64,000 nucleotides of DNA from an uncultured Arcobacteraceae bacterium (GTDB lineage: Bacteria > Campylobacterota > Campylobacteria > Campylobacterales > Arcobacteraceae), in NCBI GenBank assembly GCA_964022095.1, contig CAXHZO010000003.1:64001-128000 (forward strand), read 5' to 3'. The translations under genes were made by a program, and so were the position numbers. Below are positions 20,690 to 32,004 of this stretch, piece after piece (position 1 is the stretch's first letter; every line of letters starts with the position of its first letter). The notes under the pieces were generated by a model that worked only from the letters and a program-made list of their open reading frames with translations, was not told the DNA's origin and ran no database searches.

Positions 20690-20723
20690 TTTAAAGATAC
20701 TTATTTTTATAAGTATCTTTAAA
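20690..20723. terminator. Terminator hairpin
   Basis: TTTAAAGATACTTAT-tttt-ATAAGTATCTTTAAA perfect 15-bp stem. Confidence 0.65.
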
Positions 20724-20832
20724 AAACAATCACATAACTTTAATAATGCTTAAATATATACCTATATACTAATAGTCATCCTTTATAAAAGGAAATAAAA
20801 TTAGGTTTTTGACTAGCAAAACCCCATAATAC

Positions 20833-20868
20833 TTGACATTTAACTATAATTAAGTTATAATCCGCGTC
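20833..20868 (+). promoter_or_regulatory. Sigma70 promoter of the S10 operon
   Basis: TTGACA (20833-38), 17-nt spacer, TATAAT (20856-61), then GC-rich discriminator CCGCGTC. Confidence 0.85.
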
Positions 20869-20929
20869 CACTAAATGTGGTTAGAGTGCATTTTATGGTA
20901 CATCTAACGAGTTCTTTAAAGGAAAAAAA

Positions 20930-21244
20930 ATGGAAAAAATCAGATTAAAGCTTAAAGCTTATGATCATAGAGTTTTAGACAGAAGTGTTGCTTCAATCGT
21001 TGAAGCTGTTAAAAGAACTGGTGCTGATTTAAGAGGTCCAATCCCTCTACCAACAAAAATCAGAAGATACACAGTTTTAAAAGGTCCTCACGTAAATAAG
21101 GACGCAAGAGAGCAATTTGAAATCAGAATTCATACAAGAATGATTGATATCATTGCTGCAACTCCAGATACTGTAGATTCATTAATGAAACTTGACTTAG
21201 CTCCTGAAGTTGATGTTGAAGTTAGATCTATGGGTCAAGAATAA
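20930..21244 (+). CDS. rpsJ: 30S ribosomal protein S10
   Basis: [21 protein letters not shown]; operon position. Confidence 0.98.
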   Translation: MEKIRLKLKAYDHRVLDRSVASIVEAVKRTGADLRGPIPLPTKIRRYTVLKGPHVNKDAREQFEIRIHTRMIDIIAATPDTVDSLMKLDLAPEVDVEVRSMGQE

Positions 21245-21263
21245 GAAGAAAGGGTAATACAAG

Positions 21264-21839
21264 ATGGAATTTATCGTAGAAAAAATCGGTATGAGTAGAA
21301 CAGTTTCTGTTCCTAGTACACCTGTTACACTTTTAAAGGTTCTTGAAGCAAAAGTATGTGAAGTAACTGACGGTGTAGCGCTAGTATCTTATAGCAGTGG
21401 AAAAAAATTCAACAAAGCTATTGAAGGTCAACAAAAGAAATATAACTTATCTAAAGAGTTTAACAGATTTGTAACATTAACTGTAGCAAATGCTGAAGCT
21501 GGAGATTTAGATGTTTCACCATTAACTGAAGGTGCTGTTTTAAAAACAACTTTTAAAACAAAAGGTAGAGGTTTCCAAGGTGGAGTTAAGAGATGGAATT
21601 TTGCAGGTGGTAGAGCATCACATGGACATAGAATGGGTAGAAGAACTGGTTCTATTGGTAATGCTGAGTGGCCAGGTAGAGTTCAACCAGGTAAGAAAAT
21701 GCCAGGTCAATACGGAAATACAAACGTATCTGTAAAAAATGATGTAGTTTCATTTGACGCTGAAACTGGAATCTTAGTTGTTAAAGGTTCAGTATCAGGT
21801 GCAAATGGTTCATTAGGAAAAGTAAAGGTTGCTAAATGA
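21264..21839 (+). CDS. rplC: 50S ribosomal protein L3
   Basis: [26 protein letters not shown]. Confidence 0.97.
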   Translation: MEFIVEKIGMSRTVSVPSTPVTLLKVLEAKVCEVTDGVALVSYSSGKKFNKAIEGQQKKYNLSKEFNRFVTLTVANAEAGDLDVSPLTEGAVLKTTFKTKGRGFQGGVKRWNFAGGRASHGHRMGRRTGSIGNAEWPGRVQPGKKMPGQYGNTNVSVKNDVVSFDAETGILVVKGSVSGANGSLGKVKVAK

Positions 21840-22447
21840 GTAAAGCAATAGTTTTAAACGAAAAATTTGAAAATAATGGTGAATTAGCTTTACCTGAAGC
21901 TTATGCTGAAATTAATTCGCATAACTTATATTTATATGTTAAGTCATATTTAACAGGTTTAAGAGCTAATACTGCTAGAGTTAAAAACAGATCTGAAGTA
22001 AGCGGTGGTGGTAAAAAACCTAAAGCTCAAAAAGGTTCTGGTGGTGCTAGATGGGGTTCTAAAAGATCTCCTTTATTCGTTGGTGGGGGTCAAGTATTTG
22101 GACCTACTAAGAGAAACTACAACCAAAAAGTAAATAAAAAGCAAAAAGCATTAGCATTAAAATATGCGTTAAATGCACAAGCTGATAATGAATCTTTATT
22201 TGTAGTTGATTCAGTGAATTTAGAATCTGGTAAAACTAAAGACGCAGTTGCAGTTTTAAGTAAAATAAACAAAAGAGATACATTAATTGTTGTTGATTCA
22301 ATTAATGAAAAAACTTATTTAGCGTTTAGAAACATTAAAAACTGTTATATGGTTGAAAAGCAAGAAGTTAACGCTTATTTAATTGCTGCATACCACTCAG
22401 TACTTATCGAAAAATCAGTACTAGATGCATTAACAAAAGAGGCTTAA
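21836..22447 (+). CDS. rplD: 50S ribosomal protein L4
   Basis: [21 protein letters not shown]. Confidence 0.97.
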   Translation: MSKAIVLNEKFENNGELALPEAYAEINSHNLYLYVKSYLTGLRANTARVKNRSEVSGGGKKPKAQKGSGGARWGSKRSPLFVGGGQVFGPTKRNYNQKVNKKQKALALKYALNAQADNESLFVVDSVNLESGKTKDAVAVLSKINKRDTLIVVDSINEKTYLAFRNIKNCYMVEKQEVNAYLIAAYHSVLIEKSVLDALTKEA

Positions 22448-22448
22448 G

Positions 22449-22730
22449 ATGGCAGATATTACAGATATTAAAGCAATATTATATACAGAAAAAACAATCG
22501 AGCTTCAAGAAAATGGTGTAATCGTTGTTCAAACTAGTCCTAGAATGACTAAAAGCGGTTTAAAAGAAGTATTTAAAGAGTATTTTGGTGTTACACCATC
22601 AAAAATTAATTCTTTAAGACAAGATGGTAAAGTTAAAAGATTTAGAGGAAGACCTGGTAAAAGACCAGATTTCAAAAAATTCTATGTTACATTACCAGAG
22701 GGCGCTGAAATAGCGAACCTATCAGCTTAA
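22449..22730 (+). CDS. rplW: 50S ribosomal protein L23
   Basis: TEKT...GKVKRF...KKFYVTL; operon position. Confidence 0.96.
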   Translation: MADITDIKAILYTEKTIELQENGVIVVQTSPRMTKSGLKEVFKEYFGVTPSKINSLRQDGKVKRFRGRPGKRPDFKKFYVTLPEGAEIANLSA

Positions 22731-22742
22731 GGAGTATAAGAG

Positions 22743-23570
22743 ATGGCAATTAAAAAATTTAGACCAATAACTCCTGCAAGAAGATTCATGTCTGTTATGG
22801 ATACTTCTGATATTACTTCTAAACCAACAGTAAGATCTTTACTTGTAAGAGTAAAAGCTTCAGCTGGTAGAAATAATAACGGTAGAATTACATCTAGACA
22901 TAAAGAAGCAGGTGCTAAGAAATTATATAGAATCATTGATTTTAAAAGAAATAAATTTGGTGTTGAAGGAACTATATCTACTATTGAGTACGATCCGTAC
23001 AGAAACTGTAGAATTTGTTTAGTTACTTATGCTGATGGTGATAAAAGATATATCATTCAACCTTCAGGATTAAAAGTTGGAGATAAAGTACAAGCTGCTG
23101 AATCTGGACTTGATATCTTACCTGGTAATGCGATGAGATTACAATCTATCCCTGTTGGTACTATGGTTCATAACATTGAATTAAAACCTGGTAAAGGTGC
23201 TCAGTTTGCAAGATCTGCTGGATCTTATGCACAAATTATGGGTAGAGAAGACAAATACGTTATCTTAAGATTACCATCTGGTGAGATGAGAAAAATGTTA
23301 GGTGTATGTATGGCTACAGTTGGTATTGTTGGTAATGAAGATTATATCAATATGGTTGTAGGTAAAGCTGGTAGAACTAGACACATGGGTATTAGACCTC
23401 AAACTAGAGGTTCTGCAATGAACCCTATTGATCACCCACACGGTGGTGGTGAAGGTAAGACTAACTCAGGAAGACATCCAGTTACTCCATGGGGTATGCC
23501 AACTAAAGGTTACAAAACTAGAAAGAAAAAAGCTAGTGATAAATTAATCATTTCAAGAAGAAAGAAGTAA
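22743..23570 (+). CDS. rplB: 50S ribosomal protein L2
   Basis: [33 protein letters not shown]. Confidence 0.98.
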   Translation: MAIKKFRPITPARRFMSVMDTSDITSKPTVRSLLVRVKASAGRNNNGRITSRHKEAGAKKLYRIIDFKRNKFGVEGTISTIEYDPYRNCRICLVTYADGDKRYIIQPSGLKVGDKVQAAESGLDILPGNAMRLQSIPVGTMVHNIELKPGKGAQFARSAGSYAQIMGREDKYVILRLPSGEMRKMLGVCMATVGIVGNEDYINMVVGKAGRTRHMGIRPQTRGSAMNPIDHPHGGGEGKTNSGRHPVTPWGMPTKGYKTRKKKASDKLIISRRKK

Positions 23571-23579
23571 GGGTTTAAG

Positions 23580-23855
23580 ATGGCAAGATCAATAAAAAAA
23601 GGTCCATTTGTAGACGCACACTTAATGAAAAAAGTTATCAAAGCTACTGAAGCTAATGATAAAAAACCAATAAAAACATGGTCAAGAAGATCTATGGTTT
23701 TACCTGACATGATTGGTTTAACATTTAATGTGCACAACGGAAGAAATTTCGTTCCAGTAAATATTACTGAGAACCATGTTGGATATAAATTAGGTGAATT
23801 CGCACCAACTAGAACATTTAAGGGTCATAAAGGCTCTGTACAGAAGAAGGCGTAA
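23580..23855 (+). CDS. rpsS: 30S ribosomal protein S19
   Basis: [26 protein letters not shown]. Confidence 0.98.
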   Translation: MARSIKKGPFVDAHLMKKVIKATEANDKKPIKTWSRRSMVLPDMIGLTFNVHNGRNFVPVNITENHVGYKLGEFAPTRTFKGHKGSVQKKA

Positions 23856-23857
23856 TA

Positions 23858-24184
23858 ATGGGTAAAGCAATATTAAGATTTATTAGAGTTTCTCCAACAA
23901 AAGCAAGACTTATTGCAAGAGAAGTTCAAGGTATGAATGCAGAGTATGCAATCGCTTCATTAGCGTTTACTCCAAACAAAGCTGCTGGAATTATTTCTAA
24001 AGTAATAGCTTCGGCTGTAGCAAATTCAGGTTTAGAGCCAGAAAATGCAGTAGTTACATCTGCTAGAGTTGATAAAGGACCTGTTCTTAAGAGATTTACT
24101 CCAAGAGCAAGAGGTAGTGCATCACCTAAACATAAACCAACTGCACATATTATGATTGAAGTAGCTGCAAAAGGAGATAAGTAA
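23858..24184 (+). CDS. rplV: 50S ribosomal protein L22
   Basis: [19 protein letters not shown]. Confidence 0.97.
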   Translation: MGKAILRFIRVSPTKARLIAREVQGMNAEYAIASLAFTPNKAAGIISKVIASAVANSGLEPENAVVTSARVDKGPVLKRFTPRARGSASPKHKPTAHIMIEVAAKGDK

Positions 24185-24882
24185 TGGGTCAAAAAGTTAA
24201 TCCAATAGGTTTAAGATTAGGAATTAACAGAAACTGGGAGTCAAGATGGTTCCCTAAATTTGGAAACATTCCTACTAATGTATCTGAAGATGACAAAATC
24301 AGAAAGTATGTTAAAAAAGAATTATACTATGCTGGTGTTGCTCAAACTATCGTTGAGAGAACAGCTAAAAAAGTTAGAGTTACTATCGTAGCAGCTAGAC
24401 CTGGTATCATTATTGGTAAAAAAGGTGCAGATGTTGAGAAGTTAAAAAACAACTTAGCTAAATTAGTTGGTAAAGAAATCGCTGTTAATATTAAAGAAGA
24501 GAGAAAACCTCAAGTTTCTGGACAATTAGCTGCTGAAAACGTTGCACAACAATTAGAAAGAAGAGTTGCATTTAGAAGAGCTATGAAAAGAGTTATGCAA
24601 AATGCACTTAAAGGTGGAGCAAAAGGTATTAAAGTATCTGTTTCTGGTAGACTTGGTGGAGCTGAAATGGCTAGAACTGAGTGGTACTTAGAAGGTAGAG
24701 TTCCTTTACATACACTAAGAGCTAGAATTGATTACGGTTTTGCAGAAGCTCACACTACTTATGGTTGTGTTGGTATTAAAGTTTGGATTTTTAAAGGTGA
24801 GGTTTTAGCTAAGGGTATCCCTGCTGAAAAAACTGAAGAGTCTAAACCAAAAAGAAGACCTAGTAAAAGAAGAGGTAAATAA
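24184..24882 (+). CDS. rpsC: 30S ribosomal protein S3
   Basis: [23 protein letters not shown]. Confidence 0.98.
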   Translation: MGQKVNPIGLRLGINRNWESRWFPKFGNIPTNVSEDDKIRKYVKKELYYAGVAQTIVERTAKKVRVTIVAARPGIIIGKKGADVEKLKNNLAKLVGKEIAVNIKEERKPQVSGQLAAENVAQQLERRVAFRRAMKRVMQNALKGGAKGIKVSVSGRLGGAEMARTEWYLEGRVPLHTLRARIDYGFAEAHTTYGCVGIKVWIFKGEVLAKGIPAEKTEESKPKRRPSKRRGK

Positions 24883-24884
24883 TC

Positions 24885-25310
24885 ATGTTAATGCCTAAAA
24901 GAACTAAATACAGAAAAATGATGAAAGGCCGAAATAGAGGTAAAGCTTCAAGAGGAACATCTTTAGCTTACGGAGATATCGGTTTAAAAGCTGTTGAACA
25001 CGGAAGAATTGACTCAAGACAAATCGAAGCATCAAGAATTGCGATGACTAGAAAAGTTAAGAGACAGGCAAAAGTTTGGATTATGGTATTCCCAGACAAA
25101 CCACTTACTGCTAAACCATTAGAAACAAGAATGGGTAAAGGTAAAGGTGCTGTTGATAAATGGGTAATGAACATTAAGCCTGGAAGAATTTGTTTTGAGA
25201 TGGCAGGTGTGTCTGATGAATTAGCAAGAGAAGCTTTAACTTTAGCACAACACAAATTACCATTTAAAACTAAAATTGTAACAAGAGATAGCGAAAATGA
25301 ACTATACTGA
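24885..25310 (+). CDS. rplP: 50S ribosomal protein L16
   Basis: [20 protein letters not shown]. Confidence 0.98.
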   Translation: MLMPKRTKYRKMMKGRNRGKASRGTSLAYGDIGLKAVEHGRIDSRQIEASRIAMTRKVKRQAKVWIMVFPDKPLTAKPLETRMGKGKGAVDKWVMNIKPGRICFEMAGVSDELAREALTLAQHKLPFKTKIVTRDSENELY

Positions 25311-25488
25311 TTTAAAAGAAAAAAGCTTAACAGAGCTAAACGAGTTATTAAAAGAGAAAAAGGTGCTTCTTTTTGAATTAAAAGCTAAGCTAAAAACTAT
25401 GCAGTTAACTAACACATCTGAATTAAGAGTAGCGAAAAAAGAAATCGCTAAAATTCAAACAGCTATTACTGCAGCAAAAGCTAACTAA
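25297..25488 (+). CDS. rpmC: 50S ribosomal protein L29
   Basis: LFELK...KKEIAKIQT; operon position. Confidence 0.95.
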   Translation: MNYTDLKEKSLTELNELLKEKKVLLFELKAKLKTMQLTNTSELRVAKKEIAKIQTAITAAKAN

Positions 25489-25499
25489 GGATCTAAGAT

Positions 25500-25751
25500 A
25501 TGACACATAAAAGAGAGATTCAAGGTGTTGTGGTTAAAAAATCTGGTGAAAAAACTGCGTCTGTATTAGTTACAAGATCAGTTATGCATCCAAAGTACCA
25601 CAAAACTGTAAAAAGATTTAAAAAATATTTAATTCATGATGAAAAAAATGAATTAAATGAAGGTGACACTGTAATCGCGGTTGAGTGTAGACCTTTATCA
25701 AAAACTAAATCTTTTAGATTAAAGACTATTGTAGCTACAGGAGTTAAATAA
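25500..25751 (+). CDS. rpsQ: 30S ribosomal protein S17
   Basis: [18 protein letters not shown]. Confidence 0.97.
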   Translation: MTHKREIQGVVVKKSGEKTASVLVTRSVMHPKYHKTVKRFKKYLIHDEKNELNEGDTVIAVECRPLSKTKSFRLKTIVATGVK

Positions 25752-26119
25752 TGATTCAGAGTTTTACTAGATTAAATGTAGCTGACAACACTGGTGCAAA
25801 AGAGATCATGTGTATCAAAGTTCTTGGTGGATCTAAGAGAAGATATGCATCTGTTGGTGATGTAATTGTTGCTTCAGTTAAGAAAGCTTTACCTACTGGA
25901 AAAGTTAAAAAAGGTCAAGTTGTTAAGGCTGTAGTTGTTAGAACTCATAAAGAAGTTCAAAGAGAAAATGGTTCATTAATTAGATTTGATGACAATGCGG
26001 CAGTTATCTTAGATGCTAAGAAAGAGCCTATTGGAACAAGAATCTTTGGACCAGTTGCTAGAGAAGTTAGATATTCAGGTTTCATGAAGATCGTTTCACT
26101 TGCACCGGAGGTATTATAA
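25751..26119 (+). CDS. rplN: 50S ribosomal protein L14
   Basis: [24 protein letters not shown]. Confidence 0.98.
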   Translation: MIQSFTRLNVADNTGAKEIMCIKVLGGSKRRYASVGDVIVASVKKALPTGKVKKGQVVKAVVVRTHKEVQRENGSLIRFDDNAAVILDAKKEPIGTRIFGPVAREVRYSGFMKIVSLAPEVL

Positions 26120-26120
26120 T

Positions 26121-26357
26121 ATGGCAGTTAAATTAAAAATCAAAAAAGGTGATACTGTAAAAATCATCGCTGGTGATGACAAAGGTAAAACTGGTGAAGT
26201 TTTAGCTGTATTACCAAAAGAAAAAAAAGTAATCGTTAAAGATTGTAAAGTTGCTAAAAAAACTGTAAAACCTGATCAGGAAAAAAATCCTGAAGGTGGA
26301 TTTGTAAACAAAGAGATGCCTATTGATATCTCAAATGTAGCAAAAGTAGAAGGGTAA
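26121..26357 (+). CDS. rplX: 50S ribosomal protein L24 (short form)
   Basis: KOW motif [28 protein letters not shown]; start at MAVKLK. Confidence 0.96.
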   Translation: MAVKLKIKKGDTVKIIAGDDKGKTGEVLAVLPKEKKVIVKDCKVAKKTVKPDQEKNPEGGFVNKEMPIDISNVAKVEG

Positions 26358-26361
26358 TTAG

Positions 26362-26910
26362 ATGGCAGCAAGATTATTAGAAAAATATAAATCAGAAATT
26401 AAACCAGTTTTAGAAACTGAATTTCCAAAAAACAAGATGTTAACTGCTAAGTTAGAAAAAGTAGTTATCTCTGTTGGTGCTGGTGAAGCAATGAAAGATT
26501 CTAAATTAATGCAAAACATTGAAGATACTATCTCTTTAATTGCTGGTCAAAAGTCAGTAAAAGTTATTGCAAAGAAATCAGTTGCTGGTTTTAAAGTAAG
26601 AGAAGGTTATCCTGTAGGTGTTAAAGTTACACTTAGAGGTGAGCAAATGTACACTTTCTTAGACAAACTTTGTTCTGTTGCTTTACCAAGAGTAAAGGAC
26701 TTTAGAGGTTTAAACAAGAATGGTTTTGATGGTCAAGGTAACTTCAACTTCGGTTTAGATGAGCAATTAATGTTCCCAGAAGTTGTTTATGATGACATTA
26801 TTAAGACACACGGTATGAATATTTCAATTTCTACAAGTGCTAATAACGATGCAGAAGCATTTAGATTATTAGAGTTAGTAGGAATTCCATTTACAAAAGG
26901 AAGAGCGTAA
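26362..26910 (+). CDS. rplE: 50S ribosomal protein L5
   Basis: [22 protein letters not shown]. Confidence 0.98.
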   Translation: MAARLLEKYKSEIKPVLETEFPKNKMLTAKLEKVVISVGAGEAMKDSKLMQNIEDTISLIAGQKSVKVIAKKSVAGFKVREGYPVGVKVTLRGEQMYTFLDKLCSVALPRVKDFRGLNKNGFDGQGNFNFGLDEQLMFPEVVYDDIIKTHGMNISISTSANNDAEAFRLLELVGIPFTKGRA

Positions 26911-27095
26911 TGGCAAAGAAATCTATGATCGCAAAACAAAAAAGAACTCCTAAGTTTGCTGTAAGAGCATACACAAGATGTTCTGTTTGTGGAAGACCTC
27001 ACTCTGTTTATAAAGATTTTGGTTTATGTAGAATTTGTTTAAGAAAAATGGCTAACGAAGGTTTATTACCTGGTGTTAGAAAAGCTAGTTGGTAG
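26910..27095 (+). CDS. rpsN: 30S ribosomal protein S14, zinc-binding type
   Basis: RCSVCGR...LCRIC, 61 aa. Confidence 0.97.
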   Translation: MAKKSMIAKQKRTPKFAVRAYTRCSVCGRPHSVYKDFGLCRICLRKMANEGLLPGVRKASW

Positions 27096-27109
27096 GGAGA
27101 TAAAAAGCT

Positions 27110-27508
27110 ATGATGAATGATATAATCGCAGATGCTTTAACTAGAATCAGAAATGCTGCACTTAGAAAATTAGATGTTGCAACATTATTACATTCTAATA
27201 CAGTTGTAGGTATATTAAATGTATTACAACAAAAAGAATATATTACTGGTTTCAAAGTTATTGATGGTGAAAACAATAAGAAGACAATTCAAGTTGAATT
27301 AAAGTATGATGACAATGATAATTCAGTAATTAATGAGATTACAAGAGTTTCTAAACCAGGAAGAAGAGTTTATAAAAACGCTTCTGAAATCAAATCTTTT
27401 AAGAACGGGTACGGTACTATTATCGTGACAACTAACAAGGGTGTTATTGCTAATGATGAAGCATATGCAGCTAAAGTTGGTGGCGAAGTACTTTGTACAG
27501 TATGGTAG
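27110..27508 (+). CDS. rpsH: 30S ribosomal protein S8
   Basis: [25 protein letters not shown]. Confidence 0.98.
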   Translation: MMNDIIADALTRIRNAALRKLDVATLLHSNTVVGILNVLQQKEYITGFKVIDGENNKKTIQVELKYDDNDNSVINEITRVSKPGRRVYKNASEIKSFKNGYGTIIVTTNKGVIANDEAYAAKVGGEVLCTVW

Positions 27509-27517
27509 GAGAGTGTA

Positions 27518-28051
27518 ATGTCTAGAATTGGAAAAAAACCTATCGCAATCCCTTCAGGGGTTGAAGTATCAGTTGATGGTACTGTAGTAAGTGTAAAAAA
27601 AGGTAACAAAACTATTCCTGTTGAAACACACGGAAGAGTTGAAGTTAAGTTAGAAAATAACGAAGTAATTTTAGAAAGAGTTGGAGAATCAAAAGAATCT
27701 TCAGCATTCTGGGGAACTTATAGAGCTTTATTAAGTAATGCAGTTATTGGTTTATCTGAAGGTTTTTCAAAATCTTTAGAAATCAACGGTGTTGGTTACA
27801 GAGCTGCTGTAAAAGGTAAAGTTTTAGAGTTACAATTAGGATACTCTCACCCAATTAATTATGATATCCCTGAGGGGTTAGACATTTCTGTTGAGAAAAA
27901 CTTAATTCACGTAAAAGGTGCAGACAAACAACAAGTTGGTCAAGCTGCTGCAATTATTAGAGGCTATAGAAAACCAGAACCTTACAAAGGTAAAGGTGTT
28001 AAATATACTGACGAGCATATCGTTAGAAAAGCCGGAAAAACTGCTAAGTAA
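27518..28051 (+). CDS. rplF: 50S ribosomal protein L6
   Basis: [20 protein letters not shown]. Confidence 0.98.
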   Translation: MSRIGKKPIAIPSGVEVSVDGTVVSVKKGNKTIPVETHGRVEVKLENNEVILERVGESKESSAFWGTYRALLSNAVIGLSEGFSKSLEINGVGYRAAVKGKVLELQLGYSHPINYDIPEGLDISVEKNLIHVKGADKQQVGQAAAIIRGYRKPEPYKGKGVKYTDEHIVRKAGKTAK

Positions 28052-28061
28052 GGTGTGAAAA

Positions 28062-28421
28062 ATGAGTAGAGCAAAAGATTTAGCAAAGAAAAACGCTTTA
28101 AGAGCTAGAAGAAAAAGAAGAGTTAGAGGATCAATTACTGGTACTGCTGATAGATTAAGAGTTACAGTTTTTAAATCTAACAAGTATTTAAGTGCACAAG
28201 CTATCAATGATGTTGATGGTCTTACAGTGGCTTCAATCAGTTCTCAATCTATGGGTCTTAGTGTTAGTAGAGAAAACGCAGCAAAAGTTGCAACTGAGTT
28301 TGCAGAGAAATTAAAAGCTGCTGGTGTTGAATCAGTAGTATTTGATAGAAATGGTTACCTTTATCATGGTGTTATTGCAGCTTTCGCTGATGCACTTAGA
28401 GATAATGGTATTAAATTATAA
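28062..28421 (+). CDS. rplR: 50S ribosomal protein L18
   Basis: VFDRNGYLYHG. Confidence 0.97.
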   Translation: MSRAKDLAKKNALRARRKRRVRGSITGTADRLRVTVFKSNKYLSAQAINDVDGLTVASISSQSMGLSVSRENAAKVATEFAEKLKAAGVESVVFDRNGYLYHGVIAAFADALRDNGIKL

Positions 28422-28427
28422 GGGTTA

Positions 28428-28874
28428 ATGATGGCAGCAGTAAATAGAGAAGATTTTCAAGAAGCAATCGTTAAAATCGGAAGAGTAACAAAAGTTGTAA
28501 AGGGTGGTAGAAGATTCAGATTTACAGCTTTAGTTGTTGTTGGTGATAAAAACGGTACAGTAGGGTTTGGAACTGGAAAAGCAAAAGAAGTTCCTGATGC
28601 AATTAAAAAAGCTTTAGATGATGCATTTAAATCATTAGTTAAAGTTAATATTCATGGAACTACAATTGCACATGATATTGAGCATAAATATAACGCTAGT
28701 AAAATATTATTAAAGCCAGCATCTGAGGGTACTGGACTTATCGCTGGGGGAGCTGCAAGACCTGTTCTTGAGCTTTCTGGAGTTACAGATATTATTGCTA
28801 AATCATTAGGTTCAAATAATCCTAATAACCTTGTACAAGCTACTGTTGAAGCATTAGCGAAGATTAAAGGATAA
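28428..28874 (+). CDS. rpsE: 30S ribosomal protein S5
   Basis: [22 protein letters not shown]. Confidence 0.98.
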   Translation: MMAAVNREDFQEAIVKIGRVTKVVKGGRRFRFTALVVVGDKNGTVGFGTGKAKEVPDAIKKALDDAFKSLVKVNIHGTTIAHDIEHKYNASKILLKPASEGTGLIAGGAARPVLELSGVTDIIAKSLGSNNPNNLVQATVEALAKIKG

Positions 28875-28877
28875 TAA

Positions 28878-29276
28878 ATGGTATTAAATAACTTACAACC
28901 AGCTGCTGGTAGTACAAAAAATGTAAAAAGAGTAGGTAGAGGTCAAGGTTCAGGAATGGGTAAGACTTCTACAAGAGGTCAAAAAGGTCAAAAATCTAGA
29001 TCTGGTTACAAAAGAAAAAGAGGATTTGAAGGTGGTCAACAACCAATTTATAAAAGACTTCCTAAAATCGGATTTACTTCAAGAGTAACAAAACCTTATT
29101 CTATTAACGTAGATAAAGTTAAGCAAGTAGCAGAACTTGAAGAAATTACAGTTGAGTCAATCAAGGCTGTATATAAATTATCTAAATCAGTTGTAAAAGT
29201 TAAATTAGTTGGTGCAGCTGCAAAAGGTTTAGCTTCAAAGATTAAAGACGAAAACGTTACAACTACTGGAAACTAA
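28878..29276 (+). CDS. rplO: 50S ribosomal protein L15
   Basis: [21 protein letters not shown]. Confidence 0.97.
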   Translation: MVLNNLQPAAGSTKNVKRVGRGQGSGMGKTSTRGQKGQKSRSGYKRKRGFEGGQQPIYKRLPKIGFTSRVTKPYSINVDKVKQVAELEEITVESIKAVYKLSKSVVKVKLVGAAAKGLASKIKDENVTTTGN

Positions 29277-29278
29277 AA

Positions 29279-30541
29279 ATGAGTAAAGATCTAATAAATA
29301 AGATTCTTATTACATTAGGTTTTATTTTTCTTTACAGGTTACTGGCATACGTGCCAGTTCCTGGAGTTAATATAGACGTAGTTAAAGAATTTTTCGATTC
29401 AAATGCAAATAATGCATTAGGTCTTGTTAACATGTTCAGTGGTAATGCAGTTGAAAGACTGTCAATTATCTCACTTGGTATTATGCCTTACATTACTGCT
29501 TCTATTATTATGGAACTTCTAGCAGCAACATTCCCAGCACTTGGTAAAATGAAAAAAGAAAGAGATGGTATGCAAAAATATATGCAAATCATCAGATATA
29601 CTACAATTGTAATTACTTTAATTCAATCTATTGGTGTATCAGTAGGTCTTAATTCTTTAACTGGTCAAAATGGGCAAGGTGCAATTTCAATTGATATGAA
29701 CACATTTATTGCAGTATCTGCAATATCAATGTTAACTGGTACTATGTTATTAATGTGGATTGGTGAGCAAATTACTCAAAAAGGTATCGGTAATGGTATC
29801 TCTTTAATTATCTTTGCAGGTATTGTTTCGGCAATTCCTAGTGCTATTGGTGGTACAATTGATCTTGTAAATAATGGTCAAATGAACTTCCTTACTGTAA
29901 TTGGTATTATTGTTGTTATTTTAGCAACAGTTGGTGCTATTATTTACGTAGAGTTAGGTGAAAGAAGAGTTCCTGTTTCATACTCAAGAAAAGTAATGAT
30001 GCAAAATCAAAACAAAAGGGTTATGAATTATATTCCTATTAAGGTTAACTTATCAGGTGTAATTCCAGCAATTTTTGCAAGTGCTATTTTAATGTTCCCA
30101 GCGACTGTTTTACAAGGTAGTCAAAATGAATATTTAGTTGCAATTGCAGATTATTTAAGCCCAGCTTCGTATACGTTTAATTTATTTATGTTCTTATTTG
30201 TAGTTTTCTTTGCATTCTTCTATGCATCAATTACATTTAATGCAAAAGATATATCTGATAACTTAAAAAGACAAGGTGGATTTATCCCAGGTGTTAGACC
30301 AGGGGAACACACTTCTGAATTTTTAAATGATGTAGCTAGTAAATTAACATTCTGGGGTGCTATTTACTTAGGTTTAGTTTCAACTTTACCATGGCTTATT
30401 GTAAAAGCTATGGGTGTACCTTTCTATTTTGGAGGGGTTGCAGTACTAATTGTTGTACAAGTTGCAATTGATACTATGAGAAAAATTGAAGCACAACAGT
30501 ATACAAACAAATATGAAACTCTAAGTGCAGTAGGCTTATAA
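29279..30541 (+). CDS. secY: Preprotein translocase subunit SecY
   Basis: LGIMPYITASII, GIGNGISLIIFAGI, FIPGVRPG. Confidence 0.98.
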   Translation: MSKDLINKILITLGFIFLYRLLAYVPVPGVNIDVVKEFFDSNANNALGLVNMFSGNAVERLSIISLGIMPYITASIIMELLAATFPALGKMKKERDGMQKYMQIIRYTTIVITLIQSIGVSVGLNSLTGQNGQGAISIDMNTFIAVSAISMLTGTMLLMWIGEQITQKGIGNGISLIIFAGIVSAIPSAIGGTIDLVNNGQMNFLTVIGIIVVILATVGAIIYVELGERRVPVSYSRKVMMQNQNKRVMNYIPIKVNLSGVIPAIFASAILMFPATVLQGSQNEYLVAIADYLSPASYTFNLFMFLFVVFFAFFYASITFNAKDISDNLKRQGGFIPGVRPGEHTSEFLNDVASKLTFWGAIYLGLVSTLPWLIVKAMGVPFYFGGVAVLIVVQVAIDTMRKIEAQQYTNKYETLSAVGL

Positions 30542-30543
30542 AA

Positions 30544-31308
30544 ATGGCTATTCCAATTAGAAAAGCTAACGAAATTGCTAAGCTAAAAGCAGCAAATAGA
30601 ATTGTTGCTCAAACGCTTAACTATCTTAGAGAAAACGTTAAACCAGGCATGACTTTATTAGAAGTTGATGCCATTGGTGACAAATTTTTAAGAGATTTAG
30701 GGGCTAGACCATCATTCAAAGGTCTTTATGGTTTCCCTAATTCAGTTTGTACTTCTTTAAATGAAGTAATTATTCATGGTATACCTGATGATACTGTTTT
30801 AAAAGAAGGTGATATATTAGGCCTTGATATTGGAACAGAACTTGACGGTTGGTATGGAGATGCTGCGATAACTATGCCAATTGGTAAAATATCAAAAGAA
30901 GATGAAGAATTAATTGCTTGTGCAAAAGATTCTTTATATCATGCTATTGATGTTATTCATGATGGTATGAGATTTAAAGAGCTATCACAAGCAATTGAAG
31001 AATTTATTGTTGCTAGAGGTTATCAACCATTAGTAAGATTTTGTGGTCATGGCATTGGAAAAAAACCACATGATGAACCTGAAATTCCAAACTACTTAGA
31101 AAACGGTAGTGCAAAATCAGGTCCAAAAATTAAAAATGGTATGGTATTTTGTTTAGAGCCAATGATTTGTCATAAAGATAGAGAACCAGTTATTTTAGAT
31201 AATAAATGGGATGTTGTATCTGCTGATGGATTAAGAGGTAGCCACTATGAGCACACAGTTGCAGTTGTAGATGGTAAAGCAGTTATTTTAAGTACAGATG
31301 AAGACTAG
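30544..31308 (+). CDS. map: Methionine aminopeptidase type I
   Basis: NEVIIHGIP, DGWYGD, GHGIG, LEPM, HYEHTV. Confidence 0.97.
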   Translation: MAIPIRKANEIAKLKAANRIVAQTLNYLRENVKPGMTLLEVDAIGDKFLRDLGARPSFKGLYGFPNSVCTSLNEVIIHGIPDDTVLKEGDILGLDIGTELDGWYGDAAITMPIGKISKEDEELIACAKDSLYHAIDVIHDGMRFKELSQAIEEFIVARGYQPLVRFCGHGIGKKPHDEPEIPNYLENGSAKSGPKIKNGMVFCLEPMICHKDREPVILDNKWDVVSADGLRGSHYEHTVAVVDGKAVILSTDED

Positions 31309-31321
31309 GGAGACATAAAAA

Positions 31322-31540
31322 GTGGCAAAAGATGATGTAATTGTAATTGATGGTAAGGTTATTGAGGCTTTACCTAATGCAATGTTTAGAGTTGAATTAG
31401 ACAATGGTCATGTGGTTTTATGCCATATCTCAGGAAAAATGAGAATGCACTATATTAAAATTTTACCAAGTGATAAGGTAAAAGTAGAGATTACACCTTA
31501 TTCATTAGATAAGGGTAGAATTACTCACAGATATAAATAA
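31322..31540 (+). CDS. infA: Translation initiation factor IF-1
   Basis: [27 protein letters not shown] start. Confidence 0.98.
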   Translation: MAKDDVIVIDGKVIEALPNAMFRVELDNGHVVLCHISGKMRMHYIKILPSDKVKVEITPYSLDKGRITHRYK

Positions 31541-31551
31541 TATATCTATAT

Positions 31552-31579
31552 TTAAATAAGGAATTTTTTCCTTATTTAA
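31552..31579. terminator. Terminator after infA
   Basis: TTAAATAAGGAA-tttt-TTCCTTATTTAA. Confidence 0.65.
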
Positions 31580-31666
31580 TATACAAAACTATGAAGCAAT
31601 AATCAAAATACTTCGCACGCTTTAAAAAGCATTATTCTAACTATGCTCCATAGGTTTATATAAATC

Positions 31667-31876
31667 TTAATTTTTTTTACTTACAAGTTTAATTTCTTTT
31701 TCAATTATTTTTTTTTGTTCTAATAATAAGTTTAAATGCTCTTTTAATAGTTCTCTATCTTTATATGAATCTATTATAAACTCATAAAGCTTAGGTCTAT
31801 TCTTTTTCCAATTATGTAATGTTGTTTTATTTACTTCTAAATCTGTTTCTAATTTTCTTAAACTTGGTATTGTCAT
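31667..31876 (-). CDS. Small HTH-like protein with C-terminal coiled coil
   Basis: LRKLETDLEVNKTTLHNWKK resembles a helix-turn-helix; TTGACT-17-TACAAT promoter upstream on the minus strand. Confidence 0.6.
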   Translation of the reverse strand: MTIPSLRKLETDLEVNKTTLHNWKKNRPKLYEFIIDSYKDRELLKEHLNLLLEQKKIIEKEIKLVSKKN

Positions 31877-32004
31877 AGCTTGTCCATTCTTGAAAAATTA
31901 TATTATTGTACTTATTATTTGAACAAAAGTCAAATAAATTTGATATTTTGTACATATAATTGGAACAAATGAATGTAAAAGTAATGTTTTTGTACAATTT
32001 AGGC

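Noticed and set aside
1512-28207. Short antisense or off-frame ORFs in the track (e.g. 1512-1769, 3695-3886, 7538-7963, 9281-9517, 12024-12206, 12920-13330, 13558-13905, 14133-14381, 19855-20142 and those opposite ribosomal genes)
   Set aside because: They overlap well-supported genes and show no motifs; they are shadow ORFs.
31580-31666. Possible rpmJ or small RNA after infA
   Set aside because: No L36-like reading frame was seen and only weak short hairpins are present.
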